From a virus (Duplodnaviria; Caudoviricetes): a DNA stretch of 55,657 nucleotides. The stretch's first letter is position 1. Every line of letters begins with the position of its first letter. The translations under genes were made by a program, and so were the position numbers. The stretch lies in IMG/VR virus record IMGVR_UViG_3300048796_000091, positions 1-55,657 of that record. One strand, given 5' to 3'. The notes below the pieces were generated by a model. That model worked only from the letters and a program-made list of their open reading frames with translations. It ran no database searches and was not told the DNA's origin. Positions 1 through 9,514 of the stretch are shown here, piece by piece.

Positions 1-448
1 CAATAAGTAAGATAGTCCGTGGTGCTTCATAATTATCTCTGCCATATGCTTTGATATACCCAGAGAAAAATTCAGAACATACTTTATTCACATCTTCAAT
101 GGTGGTAACTTCAATTCTAGTCAATTTATCTTCACTGACATCTACCCCAATTTTCCTTAAGAAATTAACGGATAATGCTTTTTCAGTATCAATAACAACT
201 AAATGAAATCCTAATTTTTGTGCATTAGCTAAAGCATTTCCTGATAGAAATGATTTCCCACTACCTGATGGTCCAACAAATGCAGACATTTTACATAGTG
301 GAATTCCTTTATTGAAATCCCCAGATAAAATTCTGTTTAATGCGTAGTTACCTAAAGATACATATTCTTCAAATTCATCAAGATCAACACCTACGGTATC
401 AATTTTAGAAATTGCTTTTTTGAAATCTTTTAAAAATGGTAAAGCCAT
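1..448 (-). CDS. uvsX: UvsX/RecA-like recombinase (5' part; runs off window)
   Basis: Manual translation from ATG at 448: MALPFLKDFKK...SLGNYALNRILSGDFNKGIP...GPSGSGKS (Walker A)...VIDTENA; adjacent to the SSB gene. Confidence 0.9.
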   Translation of the reverse strand, partial: MALPFLKDFKKAISKIDTVGVDLDEFEEYVSLGNYALNRILSGDFNKGIPLCKMSAFVGPSGSGKSFLSGNALANAQKLGFHLVVIDTEKALSVNFLRKIGVDVSEDKLTRIEVTTIEDVNKVCSEFFSGYIKAYGRDNYEAPRTILLI

Positions 449-509
449 AATTTAACTCCTTGAATTGACAGGGAAATATTTTCCCTGTCTTTGATTGTTA
501 TTAGTTAAA

Positions 510-1442
510 TTACTCTTTGTTAGCTAAAGCTGCTGAACGTTGACGCATTCTTGCAAGAACATCTGCTGTAGAACCACCAGTAGCTTCAACTTTTTCTTCC
601 TTAACTTCTACTTTTTCAGTTTTTGCTTCTGCTTTGTGTTCAGTAACAGTTTCTGTATGAGTATGACTTGCAGAATCATTTGAATCATTTGCAGAATCAT
701 TATTTACATTACTCATATCAACACTTCCACCAGTTTGAAATGCAACTAATAAAGCTTCTACATAAGCTAAATCTGGCTTTCTTCCAGTATGTTCTTTTAG
801 ATTAAACAAAGTAACATTTTCAATTACTTCATCTGATAATGCGACTGGTTTATAAGAGAAGGATGATGTAGAATAATTCGCAAAATCACCAGCGGCAGTT
901 TTTTGCATAGATTTTCTAATTTTGAAATTATAACCCTGTTTGAAATCATCAGGAGATGCTTCCATGTCACCAGAACGGAAACCGGCTTGGATTTGTTCAT
1001 AAATTTTTGGACCGATATCAATCAATTTTACTAATTGACTTTGATCATGTTCTATTGGAGATTCTACAACAATACATTGTCCAATGTATGAAATCTTTCT
1101 ATATAACTGTGCTCCTATTTTTGAAGTTTTTCCTTCAGCAGTGTAATGCTTTCTTGACAATTCACAAATTGGACATTTTTCACCATGCGGTTCAAGACAA
1201 CTAACAGTTTTCTTTTTACCATTAATGAATAATTCGTGAAATTGTTTTTTAACTAAAAATCCTAAATTGTTTTCACCATCTTCTGTACCATCTGGTAAGA
1301 AACGAATAGTTGCGATTTGATCAACTTCCATTTTCCAAAACGGATAGAACAATTTAAAATCGGTATTAGGGTTGGTTGGTGTTGAAGATTTTGTTGTGTG
1401 AGCTGCTGTAAGTGCTGCTAAACGTGCTTTAATATCTGACAT
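510..1442 (-). CDS. T4 gp32-like single-stranded DNA-binding protein
   Basis: ATIRFLP, H...CLEPHGEKCPIC zinc motif, GYNFKIRK, ANYSTSSF; likely start MSDIK at 1442 after AAGGA RBS (ORF track extends to 1520). Confidence 0.88.
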   Translation of the reverse strand: MSDIKARLAALTAAHTTKSSTPTNPNTDFKLFYPFWKMEVDQIATIRFLPDGTEDGENNLGFLVKKQFHELFINGKKKTVSCLEPHGEKCPICELSRKHYTAEGKTSKIGAQLYRKISYIGQCIVVESPIEHDQSQLVKLIDIGPKIYEQIQAGFRSGDMEASPDDFKQGYNFKIRKSMQKTAAGDFANYSTSSFSYKPVALSDEVIENVTLFNLKEHTGRKPDLAYVEALLVAFQTGGSVDMSNVNNDSANDSNDSASHTHTETVTEHKAEAKTEKVEVKEEKVEATGGSTADVLARMRQRSAALANKE

Positions 1443-1504
1443 AATATAAATTCCTTTAAAATAATAAAATAAGTAATACAAAGTATGTGGAAAATCCACA
1501 ACTG

Positions 1505-1512
1505 TATTTATA
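1505..1512 (-). promoter_or_regulatory. T4-type late promoter TATAAATA upstream of gp32
   Basis: Exact TATAAATA on minus strand about 60 nt before the start. Confidence 0.6.
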
Positions 1513-1646
1513 TAAATCAACGGGAATTTAAGAAAAACATCAGAGAATAAACTTCAAGAGTTTATTATGGCAGCAGGAGGACACTTAAATTAACAACGGG
1601 TATTTGAATTAGGAAATATAAAATGTTACTTAATTTCCTAATAGTG

Positions 1647-1680
1647 ATTATACTACAAAATGATAAAAACTAAAACTACT
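1647..1680 (-). promoter_or_regulatory. sigma70-like/early promoter AGTAGTTTTAG-N17-TATAAT
   Basis: TATAAT at 1647-1652, 17-nt spacer; the AGTAGTTT upstream motif is shared with promoters at 30443 and 43282. Confidence 0.55.
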
Positions 1681-1692
1681 CATGAAATATTT

Positions 1693-2202
1693 TCACATAT
1701 AAATAATTTCATCTACTTCGGATGGTACTAGAAATTCTTGAAGACTATTATACATACTAGTAACTACATCAGCAGGTACACTTTTATCTGTTCTGGTTTC
1801 TTGACGTTTAATTGCAACTTCTAAAGCAACATCTACATGTACACCTATCAACAAATATCCAGCATCTTTAGCACCAGTGATCCATTGCTTCCTTGATTTT
1901 TTAGTGAGATTGGTATTATCAACAAAAACATATTCATGGGTTAAAGCTTCTGCAAATTTCTTTTCTACAAATTTAGAAAATTCTTCTTTATGTTCATTAG
2001 CATACTCAAATGCTTTACGATAACATTCTTTTTCATTTGAATAATCAATCACTTCGTCCATGAATTCAAGACGACAAGTATCCAATGAAAATACACAACA
2101 ATCATAAGGATCATGATTATCATAACCCAGTCCAATAATTTTTCTTAGTTGAGTAGATTTACCAGCACCCGGTACACCCATCATGAAATAACAAGTCTTC
2201 AT
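1693..2202 (-). CDS. P-loop kinase (AAA_33/polynucleotide-kinase-like)
   Basis: GVPGAGKST Walker A, FSLD, VDNTNL..K.R, AIKRQETR lid motif; start MKTCYF overlaps upstream stop (ATGA). Confidence 0.8.
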   Translation of the reverse strand: MKTCYFMMGVPGAGKSTQLRKIIGLGYDNHDPYDCCVFSLDTCRLEFMDEVIDYSNEKECYRKAFEYANEHKEEFSKFVEKKFAEALTHEYVFVDNTNLTKKSRKQWITGAKDAGYLLIGVHVDVALEVAIKRQETRTDKSVPADVVTSMYNSLQEFLVPSEVDEIIYM

Positions 2203-2396
2203 TTTAACTCCATAAGGGATTCTTTTTTGATACATAAGATAGAGTCTTCAGTTTTAACAACTACTCCACCTTTTCTTTTACATATATTATCTGCTTCTTT
2301 GTGATCAAAGTCAAGTACATACATAGCAAAAAGAATTAATGACCATCCAATTATTGTGATACCATAAATATTAAACAATTTAATAAATTTTTTCAT
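2199..2396 (-). CDS. small membrane-anchored protein, CxxxGG...C family
   Basis: N-terminal hydrophobic helix then CKRKGGVVV...C. Confidence 0.6.
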   Translation of the reverse strand: MKKFIKLFNIYGITIIGWSLILFAMYVLDFDHKEADNICKRKGGVVVKTEDSILCIKKESLMELK

Positions 2397-2569
2397 TTAA
2401 TTTCTTTTTCATTTTTATCTAAACAATGTGCTCCATCATTGAAGTACCAGACAGTTCCACCTTTTTCTGTACATTCTTTTTGTAAACTAGATTTTTGTTG
2501 AGAATTACATCGACACATTATAATTGATATCAACATAATAATTACAATCAACATAATAATTTTCATCAT
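2393..2569 (-). CDS. small membrane-anchored protein, CxxxGG...C family (58 aa, below ORF-track cutoff)
   Basis: MMKIIMLIVIIMLISIIMCRC...CTEKGGTVW...HCLDKNEKEIK; GGAG RBS; ATGA overlap with next gene. Confidence 0.6.
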   Translation of the reverse strand: MMKIIMLIVIIMLISIIMCRCNSQQKSSLQKECTEKGGTVWYFNDGAHCLDKNEKEIK

Positions 2570-2586
2570 CACTAGTCTCCTAAAAT

Positions 2587-3219
2587 TTAAGAATCTATTG
2601 TCAACCCATTAAAATCACATACCCATTTATGCACATCTTTCATTTTGGTTTGTTTATCATCGGATAATCTGCCATTTTGATCTGCATAAATCAAATCACA
2701 AAATGAACAAAGTAATGATCCTTGTAAGTAATCTTCTGATTCAATATCATCCCTATGTATCAAAGATTCAAATAATGCATTAAGTTTTTTATCCTTCATC
2801 CCAAATGGAAGATGATACTCAATCATAAATGCAATATTATGTACATCCCTTACAGACAGCCCCAATTCTGCTATTTGATTCACATCGGAATAAGCATAAT
2901 CTATCCACATTCTTGCAGATACAATCTCATGACCAGCAAAAGAAAAGTGTTTACCCCTAGCTTCAGTAAACTTTTCAATCATACATACTGGCTTACCCAC
3001 ATCATGAAAGACACATGCCAGCATAGTCATTATATTTTGTTTATCTGATCTTACCGGAAATCGTTCTTTAAGATACCAATCTAACAACATTTGGGTATGT
3101 ACTTGTACTGATTCTTCCCTGTGATATGGAGAATTTTCAGCAATAGACATCCTTTCCCACATTTCGGTTTTCTTGAAACTTGAGAAGAAGTTATTAAATT
3201 TTTGAAGAGTATTGGTCAT
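2587..3219 (-). CDS. HD-domain phosphohydrolase
   Basis: SPYHRE.SV..HT, ACVFHDVGK, FAGHE..SA, IEYH, ADQNGR. Confidence 0.82.
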   Translation of the reverse strand: MTNTLQKFNNFFSSFKKTEMWERMSIAENSPYHREESVQVHTQMLLDWYLKERFPVRSDKQNIMTMLACVFHDVGKPVCMIEKFTEARGKHFSFAGHEIVSARMWIDYAYSDVNQIAELGLSVRDVHNIAFMIEYHLPFGMKDKKLNALFESLIHRDDIESEDYLQGSLLCSFCDLIYADQNGRLSDDKQTKMKDVHKWVCDFNGLTIDS

Positions 3220-3239
3220 AAATATTTTCCTTTGTAGGT

Positions 3240-3268
3240 ATTATATCAGAAAATACTTAATTAGTAAA
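3240..3268 (-). promoter_or_regulatory. sigma70-like/early promoter TTTACT-N17-TATAAT
   Basis: -35 at 3263-3268, extended TGATATAAT -10, 17-nt spacer, just upstream of HD gene. Confidence 0.65.
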
Positions 3269-3272
3269 GAAA

Positions 3273-3617
3273 TTAATTTTTATTTATTTTAGTCTCAACC
3301 CATTCACGACCATGCATATTTACGATATTATATTTAATACCATCTTCTATTTCTATAATATGTAATGTACACTCATTACCAGCATAGGAAATGCCGATAT
3401 TTTCAATAGCATTAATTAAGTTTTTATCATGTCTGGAGAGATCATCTATGGATATTGGCAAGTCAAATATATCTACTTGAGAAGAAGATAAATGATAATC
3501 TTGATAACTTTCTAAATCTTCATATGATAAAAGATGTTGACTAGTTAATAGATAGTATTCGTCCTTTAAATCTATGGACACATCAAAATTTCCTTCAATG
3601 GCAATGACTACTTTCAT
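3273..3617 (-). CDS. hypothetical phage protein
   Basis: 114-aa ORF in operon, ATGA-coupled. Confidence 0.6.
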   Translation of the reverse strand: MKVVIAIEGNFDVSIDLKDEYYLLTSQHLLSYEDLESYQDYHLSSSQVDIFDLPISIDDLSRHDKNLINAIENIGISYAGNECTLHIIEIEDGIKYNIVNMHGREWVETKINKN

Positions 3618-3850
3618 ATTTCTATCACCTCGAAATATAATTCTGGTAATACAAAAAATTTAAATGAATAAAGTTCATTCGGTAGATTTCCAGATATATC
3701 TTCCAATATGTAACTTATTCCAATAACAGGAAGTTCAATTGTTGCCACACCTTTTATTACTCCATGACCATGAAATATTTTATGTATTCCATTATCGTCA
3801 ATATCTAATTTATATTCAACCAGAGTATCTTTTTTTAAATAATTTGTCAT
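3614..3850 (-). CDS. hypothetical protein
   Basis: Likely start MTNYLKK at 3850 coupled to upstream stop, GGA RBS. Confidence 0.55.
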   Translation of the reverse strand: MTNYLKKDTLVEYKLDIDDNGIHKIFHGHGVIKGVATIELPVIGISYILEDISGNLPNELYSFKFFVLPELYFEVIEI

Positions 3851-4110
3851 TATTCTTCCTTGAAAAGATATGTAATATAATCCAACCATTGTGGATCACC
3901 TTCAACTTTTACTTCTTTAACCACATCTACAACTGGTTTATTGACATAATAACAATCATGATGCACCACTTGATGTGGATATGCGACACCACCTGCCACA
4001 GATGGAATATTTTTGAATACATATCCGGTTTTAGGTAATACCACCTCACCGCATATATCACAATTCTGTTTAAATAAATTTTTAGACTCTCTGCCGGGAC
4101 CCCAAGACAT
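3850..4110 (-). CDS. small zinc-finger-like protein
   Basis: CDIC...HHDC; AGGAG RBS. Confidence 0.6.
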   Translation of the reverse strand: MSWGPGRESKNLFKQNCDICGEVVLPKTGYVFKNIPSVAGGVAYPHQVVHHDCYYVNKPVVDVVKEVKVEGDPQWLDYITYLFKEE

Positions 4111-4122
4111 CTTTATGCTCCT

Positions 4123-4353
4123 TTAAATTCTACGCTTTTTCCATTGATAATCATTCCCATTTGGTAATTTTCCATCTTCGACAGAATCTACTCCAAATCC
4201 TCCAACCATATTCTCTGGTTCTGAAGAAATAACCACATTGTGAAATCCATTATTTCTAAAATTTTTTGCCTGAATCATCGCCTCTGAAAATTCAGAATCA
4301 TTAAATTTTACATATTCTACCATACTTCCATCCATTGCATAAACAACTATCAT
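4123..4353 (-). CDS. hypothetical protein
   Basis: 76-aa ORF with GGAG RBS. Confidence 0.6.
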   Translation of the reverse strand: MIVVYAMDGSMVEYVKFNDSEFSEAMIQAKNFRNNGFHNVVISSEPENMVGGFGVDSVEDGKLPNGNDYQWKKRRI

Positions 4354-4407
4354 GTATTTTTCTCCATTTTATATAAATTAAGTATATCAGATATTTAATT
4401 TGAATGC

Positions 4408-4553
4408 AAAAAGTTTTGCGACCTATACCTGTTTTTTTTATGGTTGGATTCTGCCTATCGGCTTTTTTACCTGTATGTGTATTATTTGACAACAAAAAAG
4501 TTTTGCGACCTATACTATTCTTATAGATATGAGGTCTTGCCTATCGGTTTTTT
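4408..4553. repeat. two copies of bipartite unit AAAAAGTTTTGCGACCTATAC-N22/23-TGCCTATCGG(C/T)TTTTT
   Basis: 21-mer at 4408-4428 and 4495-4515; TGCCTATCGG at 4452-4461 and 4538-4547; period 86-87 bp; intergenic. Confidence 0.85.
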
Positions 4554-4559
4554 AAAATC

Positions 4560-4583
4560 AAAAAGGACTCCGAAGAGTCCCTT
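4560..4583 (-). terminator. rho-independent terminator GGACTC-TTCG-GAGTCC-U run
   Basis: UUCG-loop hairpin right after terminase stop; identical stem at 25912 and 28692. Confidence 0.85.
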
Positions 4584-4587
4584 TCAA

Positions 4588-6138
4588 TCATGCCCACATA
4601 ACAGGTGAATCATCACTAAATTCTACCGATTCATCTGAATTGGGTAAAACTGATTCATATACCATCTGTCTTGCTTTATCATTATAAGATGCATATTTCT
4701 GTAATACTTTCATCAATACAATAGCTGCCATAATTACGTCATCTGTACATCCAATCTTTGCCTTATAACTACCACCACTTGCCACAAAATTTTGTAATTC
4801 AAATAGAAACATATCTGAATAAATTTTGATTCCTGTCTCATTTCCTTTTTCAATCAAACTTTTCAACTGCAAACAACATACTGTCTTAGATGACCCAGTT
4901 GTATATACACCCAATTTATTATCTGATTCATTGTATAATTCTACATTATCAATATATACCCCTCCATCTTTTTCATCATCATTTTGTATCAATGCAACTA
5001 AAGCTTCACCTACTCCATTTCTTTCAAATGACCACATTGCTTCAGCCCTGCCTCTTTCTGTTTTTCTAGTTAAATACTTCAATATCCACTTTATCTTTGC
5101 ATAGATCAATGGGATATTAATAGAATTACTCCTGAATTCTGCTACTTGATTTAATGATGGAAATTCAAATACTTGTATAGCTGTGAAATCATTACCATTA
5201 CCTGTTGCTGGATCAACTCCCATCAGATACATTTTACCTCTGCCACCAATTTGATCCGCTGGTTTCCAAAATTTAAATCCCATGTCTTCAAAAACTACTT
5301 CTTTGGCTCTAATATTATGTAACATGATGCTATTGATAAGTAATGCATCACTACTTAAAAATATACAATCAATTTCTTGTTTAACTTTAATTGGTCCAAG
5401 TAATCCAAGCTGTTCTTTATAATATTCTTCCCCTTGGTCAGGATGCTCATACCACATTGCAGTAACAGGAGTGAAATTATTTAATCCGGCTTTTGCCTGT
5501 CTCCAAATATTAGCAAACAAATCTGCATCTCCATTAGGAGTACTAGTGATAACTAATTTACCCCCAGTAGCTAATGATGGGGAAATAGATGCCCAAAGTT
5601 CTTGTTGTATTCTTTTATTAGCAAAAGCCAATTCATCTAACATCAAAAATGCAGGAGAATTACCACGACCAGTATTTTCTGTGGTAGCTTCATTGTGAAT
5701 AGAAGAGCCATTTTCAAATTCAATAGAAGTTCTTGAATAATATTTGCAACCGGGTTTGATAAAATCAGGAAGTTGTTCATAAGCAGTTTTTACCCTAGAC
5801 ATAATCAACACAGCATGTTTAAGATTTTTAGAAGCAATGACACAATCTTTATCATCTTGAAAACAAGTCATCCAAAGAAGATACATAGCAACAACTGTAG
5901 TTTTACCTGTTTGTCTACTTGCTAAAATAGCAATTAACCTATTATTATGAATGGAGTCCAACATTCTTTTTTGATAATCATAAAGAATCATTGGAACCAT
6001 ACCTTTAGTGGCATGTTTTATTCTAACGTATTTTTCAATGAAGTAAATGTAACTTTCTTTACATTTTTTTATTTCTTGTATATCATCTGGAGAAAATTCC
6101 ATCTCAAGATGAGGTCTTTTGATATTTGGATTACGCAT
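4588..6138 (-). CDS. terminase large subunit (T4 gp17-like)
   Basis: LYDYQ, SRQTGKTT Walker A, LMLDE Walker B, ITSTPNG, nuclease GVDPATG..D and TDDVIMA. Confidence 0.95.
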   Translation of the reverse strand: MRNPNIKRPHLEMEFSPDDIQEIKKCKESYIYFIEKYVRIKHATKGMVPMILYDYQKRMLDSIHNNRLIAILASRQTGKTTVVAMYLLWMTCFQDDKDCVIASKNLKHAVLIMSRVKTAYEQLPDFIKPGCKYYSRTSIEFENGSSIHNEATTENTGRGNSPAFLMLDELAFANKRIQQELWASISPSLATGGKLVITSTPNGDADLFANIWRQAKAGLNNFTPVTAMWYEHPDQGEEYYKEQLGLLGPIKVKQEIDCIFLSSDALLINSIMLHNIRAKEVVFEDMGFKFWKPADQIGGRGKMYLMGVDPATGNGNDFTAIQVFEFPSLNQVAEFRSNSINIPLIYAKIKWILKYLTRKTERGRAEAMWSFERNGVGEALVALIQNDDEKDGGVYIDNVELYNESDNKLGVYTTGSSKTVCCLQLKSLIEKGNETGIKIYSDMFLFELQNFVASGGSYKAKIGCTDDVIMAAIVLMKVLQKYASYNDKARQMVYESVLPNSDESVEFSDDSPVMWA

Positions 6139-6227
6139 TTAGAATTTCCTATGTAAAAGGGATAACGTACACACGTTTTAATGAACCCTATTACATATTT
6201 ATTACTATTTTTATGAAATTGGTATTT

Positions 6228-6797
6228 TTACAACCCTAAAATACCTTGAATATGATGTACCGTATCATTAGATTGAAGAATGTCCATGTGATTCGCATGA
6301 ACTTTTATATGCTGTTTAGCAGGTGACATAAATTGAGACATTAAAGAAACTGTCCCATCATTTTTATCTGAAGAAGTGAAGGGGAGATTACCATCAATAG
6401 ACATAAGAGAATAAAATTCTATATCTAATGGATGTCGAATTTCTTTAATGTATTTTGAATAGGGAGAAATATCCTTGAGGATTTGATGAGGATAAAACCA
6501 AGAGAATGTTCCGGCAATTAAAGAACCGGCAAAGGGTGTAGAAATAGTAATTAATTTTTGTACATTGGCAAGCTTTCTAGATGCAATAAGATATCCAAGT
6601 ATACCACCAAGAGAATGTCCAATAATGGTAACTGGAACATCTGGTATTTTTTCAGAAATATCTTTTAAAGAATTTTGAATAGATTGCCAAGAGTTATAAG
6701 AAATTTGATGAGGAAAATGTAATGGAAGAGAGGACTGCAAGTAGTTGAAAGCTACTGGACTTGAGTTAAAACCGTGAAGGTACACGATATTTTCCAT
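6228..6797 (-). CDS. alpha/beta hydrolase (esterase/lipase-like)
   Basis: YLHGF oxyanion motif, GHSLGG nucleophile elbow, NDGTV Asp, ANH His. Confidence 0.85.
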   Translation of the reverse strand: MENIVYLHGFNSSPVAFNYLQSSLPLHFPHQISYNSWQSIQNSLKDISEKIPDVPVTIIGHSLGGILGYLIASRKLANVQKLITISTPFAGSLIAGTFSWFYPHQILKDISPYSKYIKEIRHPLDIEFYSLMSIDGNLPFTSSDKNDGTVSLMSQFMSPAKQHIKVHANHMDILQSNDTVHHIQGILGL

Positions 6798-6800
6798 TTT

Positions 6801-7082
6801 TTATCCATGAAGAAGTTCTGTCGGTTTAAAAATATGTAATTTAGCTGCTGCATCAATATTTTTATTTATAATAATATGTCGGATTAATTCATTTTTAAAC
6901 TGCTTTATTTGTTCATCAGATGGAATGAACTTTTTAGCTTTACATTTTTCTAATTCAGAAAGAACCATGGAATTGATGATGTCATCATAATGCTGAATAC
7001 GTTGATGAGATACAGAGGAGAAAGTTTTTATTACTTTTCCTTCATCTGATTTAGTTTCAAAAGAGTAGTCATTTATATTCAT
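6801..7082 (-). CDS. hypothetical protein
   Basis: 93-aa ORF overlapping upstream gene end. Confidence 0.55.
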   Translation of the reverse strand: MNINDYSFETKSDEGKVIKTFSSVSHQRIQHYDDIINSMVLSELEKCKAKKFIPSDEQIKQFKNELIRHIIINKNIDAAAKLHIFKPTELLHG

Positions 7083-7656
7083 ATTCTTCTATTTTAAAAT
7101 GGTGACAGTATCTATCCCAAACTCGGAAATTCTTTTTTATAGCTGGTTCACCCAATTTAAATCTATGATTTAATACGTCACATGCATATTGATAAGAAAT
7201 TGTCGGACTTGTAGAAATTACAGCTTCACCTAAAGGAAATCTTCCATGTAATATATCTTTAGCATAATCATAAGAATACTCAGCACTTTTAGAGATAGGT
7301 AGTTCTGCTTCTTTTATTGCACCAAATATTTTAGTATATCTTAAAGTTAATTCTAATTTAGTGAAAATTTTTGGTTCTCCTAATGGAAATCTTTTTTCTA
7401 ATACATTTTTTGCATACAAATAAGAATACGTTGCACTTTTAGCTATGGCAGGTTCACCTAATTTAAATCTTCCTTTTAATACTTCTCTTGCATACAAATA
7501 AGAATAATCTGCACTTTTAGCTATAGCTGGTTCCCTCTTTTTCAATTCCTCTGGATTACCACTGAATTTTCTATAGAATAATTCTATAACATGATCTTCT
7601 TTTGAGTCATGTTTGTATAATTTAGTTGGCTCTTTATGGTAGTCGTATAAATTCAT
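7069..7656 (-). CDS. 26-aa repeat family protein (5 units, one degenerate)
   Basis: MNLY..H..P..L..H cap; EPAIAKSAxYSYxYAxxVLxGRFPLG repeats; W..YC..F cap. Confidence 0.8.
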   Translation of the reverse strand: MNLYDYHKEPTKLYKHDSKEDHVIELFYRKFSGNPEELKKREPAIAKSADYSYLYAREVLKGRFKLGEPAIAKSATYSYLYAKNVLEKRFPLGEPKIFTKLELTLRYTKIFGAIKEAELPISKSAEYSYDYAKDILHGRFPLGEAVISTSPTISYQYACDVLNHRFKLGEPAIKKNFRVWDRYCHHFKIEEYEYK

Positions 7657-8156
7657 TCTTTGATTCCAAAATGTTCACAATATATTCTCCAATAATAATC
7701 ATTCTTCTTAATCACTGGTTCTCCTAGTGGAAATCTTTTATGTAATATCTCTGTGGCATAATTATAAGAATACTCCGCTTTTTTAGAAATCGATTCTTCA
7801 CCGGCTGGAAATTTACTATCCAATATATATCTTGCATACATATAAGCATATTCTGAATCTTTAGCTATAGCTGGTTCACCAAGTTCAAACCTTCCTTTAA
7901 GTACTCTTAGGGCATATCTATAAGAATGCATTGCAGATTTAGAAATTGCCAGTTCTCCCAATGGAAACCTTCCTTCTAAAATATAATTAGCATATAACTG
8001 CGAATATTCAGCAGATTTAGAAATTTCTTTTTCTCTCTTTTTGAGTTGTAATGGAGCACTTTTATATTTATCCCAAATGACTTCTGGAACAGAATCCTCT
8101 GCTTCTTTGTGCTTGTGTAAATCTTCTGGATTTTTGTGGTAGTTGTATAAGTTCAT
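7653..8156 (-). CDS. 26-aa repeat family protein (4 units)
   Basis: Same caps and repeats, ends FGIKE with ATGA overlap. Confidence 0.8.
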   Translation of the reverse strand: MNLYNYHKNPEDLHKHKEAEDSVPEVIWDKYKSAPLQLKKREKEISKSAEYSQLYANYILEGRFPLGELAISKSAMHSYRYALRVLKGRFELGEPAIAKDSEYAYMYARYILDSKFPAGEESISKKAEYSYNYATEILHKRFPLGEPVIKKNDYYWRIYCEHFGIKE

Positions 8157-8578
8157 TCTTTTATTCCAAATATCTCACAGTATTCCTTCCATAAATTTGC
8201 TTTTTTAACTATCTCTGGTTCTCCTAATGGAAACTTACCATGTAATACATCTCTTGCATACAAATAAGAATAATATGAACTTTTAGCTATAGTTGGTTCT
8301 CCTAATGGAAACTTTCCATGTAATACATCTTTTGCATATAAGTAAGAATAATGTGAACTTTTAGCAATGGCAGGTTCTCCTAAAGGAAACCTTCCTTTTA
8401 ATATATCTTTTGCATAGATTAAAGAATAATGTGAATCTCTAGCTATTGTTTTTTCTCTCTTTTTTAATTCCTTTGAATTGCCAAAGTACTTACCCCAAAA
8501 CAATTCTATGACATGATCTTCTTTTGAGTCATGTCTGTGTAAATCTTCTGGATTTTTGTGGTAGTTGTATAAGTTCAT
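8153..8578 (-). CDS. 26-aa repeat family protein (3 units)
   Basis: Same caps and repeats. Confidence 0.8.
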   Translation of the reverse strand: MNLYNYHKNPEDLHRHDSKEDHVIELFWGKYFGNSKELKKREKTIARDSHYSLIYAKDILKGRFPLGEPAIAKSSHYSYLYAKDVLHGKFPLGEPTIAKSSYYSYLYARDVLHGKFPLGEPEIVKKANLWKEYCEIFGIKE

Positions 8579-9015
8579 TCTTTTATTCCAAATATCTCAC
8601 AGTATTCCTTCCATAAATTTGCTTTTTTAGCTATCTCTGGTTCTCCTAATGGAAACTTACCATGTAATACATCTTCTGCATAGTAATAAGAATACTTTGC
8701 ACTTTTAGCTATGGCCGGTTCTCCTAAAGGAAACTTTCCGTTTAATACATCGGCTGCATACAAATAAGAATACTCTGCACTTTTAGCTATAGCAGGTTCT
8801 CCCAATTCAAACCTTCCTAATTCAAACCTTCCTTCTAATATATTTCTTGCATACAAATAAGAATACTCTGCACTTTTAGCTATAGCCCACTCCTTCTTTT
8901 TCAATTCCTTTGGATTATTTTTGTACTTATCCCAAAACATGTCTACTACAGAATCTTCTGCTTCCTTGTGCTTGTGTAAATCTTCTGGTGATTGATGGAA
9001 TTTATATAGATTCAT
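8575..9015 (-). CDS. 26-aa repeat family protein (3 units, 5-aa GRFEL duplication)
   Basis: Same caps and repeats. Confidence 0.8.
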   Translation of the reverse strand: MNLYKFHQSPEDLHKHKEAEDSVVDMFWDKYKNNPKELKKKEWAIAKSAEYSYLYARNILEGRFELGRFELGEPAIAKSAEYSYLYAADVLNGKFPLGEPAIAKSAKYSYYYAEDVLHGKFPLGEPEIAKKANLWKEYCEIFGIKE

Positions 9016-9514
9016 TTTTTATTCCAAAATACTTACAATATGCATCCCAAAAATCAGAATTTGTTTTTATGGCTGGTTCTCCTAAAGGAAACCTTTTCTT
9101 TAATACATATTTTGCATAGTAATAAGAATAATCTGCACTTTTAGCAATGGCAGGTTCTCCTAATGGAAACCTTCCTTTTAATACATATTTTGCATAGTAA
9201 TAAGAATACTTTGCACTTTTAGCTATGGCTGGTTCTCCTAAAGGAAACTTTCCGTTAAATACATCTCTTGCATAGCAATAAGAATACTTTGAACTTTTAG
9301 CAATAGCAGGTTCTCCTAAAGTAAACTTTCCTTCTAATACATCTCTTGCATATGCATAAGAATACACTGCACTTTTAGCAATGGCAGGTTCTCTCTTTTT
9401 CAATTCCTTTGGATTATTTTTGTACTTATCCCAAATTACTTCAGGAACAGAATCATCTGCTTCCTTGTGCTTGTGTAAATCTTCTGGGAAATTATGTAAT
9501 TTATATAGGTTCAT
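9002..9514 (-). CDS. 26-aa repeat family protein (4 units)
   Basis: Same caps and repeats. Confidence 0.8.
   Translation of the reverse strand: MNLYKLHNFPEDLHKHKEADDSVPEVIWDKYKNNPKELKKREPAIAKSAVYSYAYARDVLEGKFTLGEPAIAKSSKYSYCYARDVFNGKFPLGEPAIAKSAKYSYYYAKYVLKGRFPLGEPAIAKSADYSYYYAKYVLKKRFPLGEPAIKTNSDFWDAYCKYFGIKNESI

Noticed and set aside
4408-4553. Possible mini-CRISPR array
   Set aside because: Two alternating different boxes with only two copies each, not one repeat with 3 or more copies; no cas genes in window
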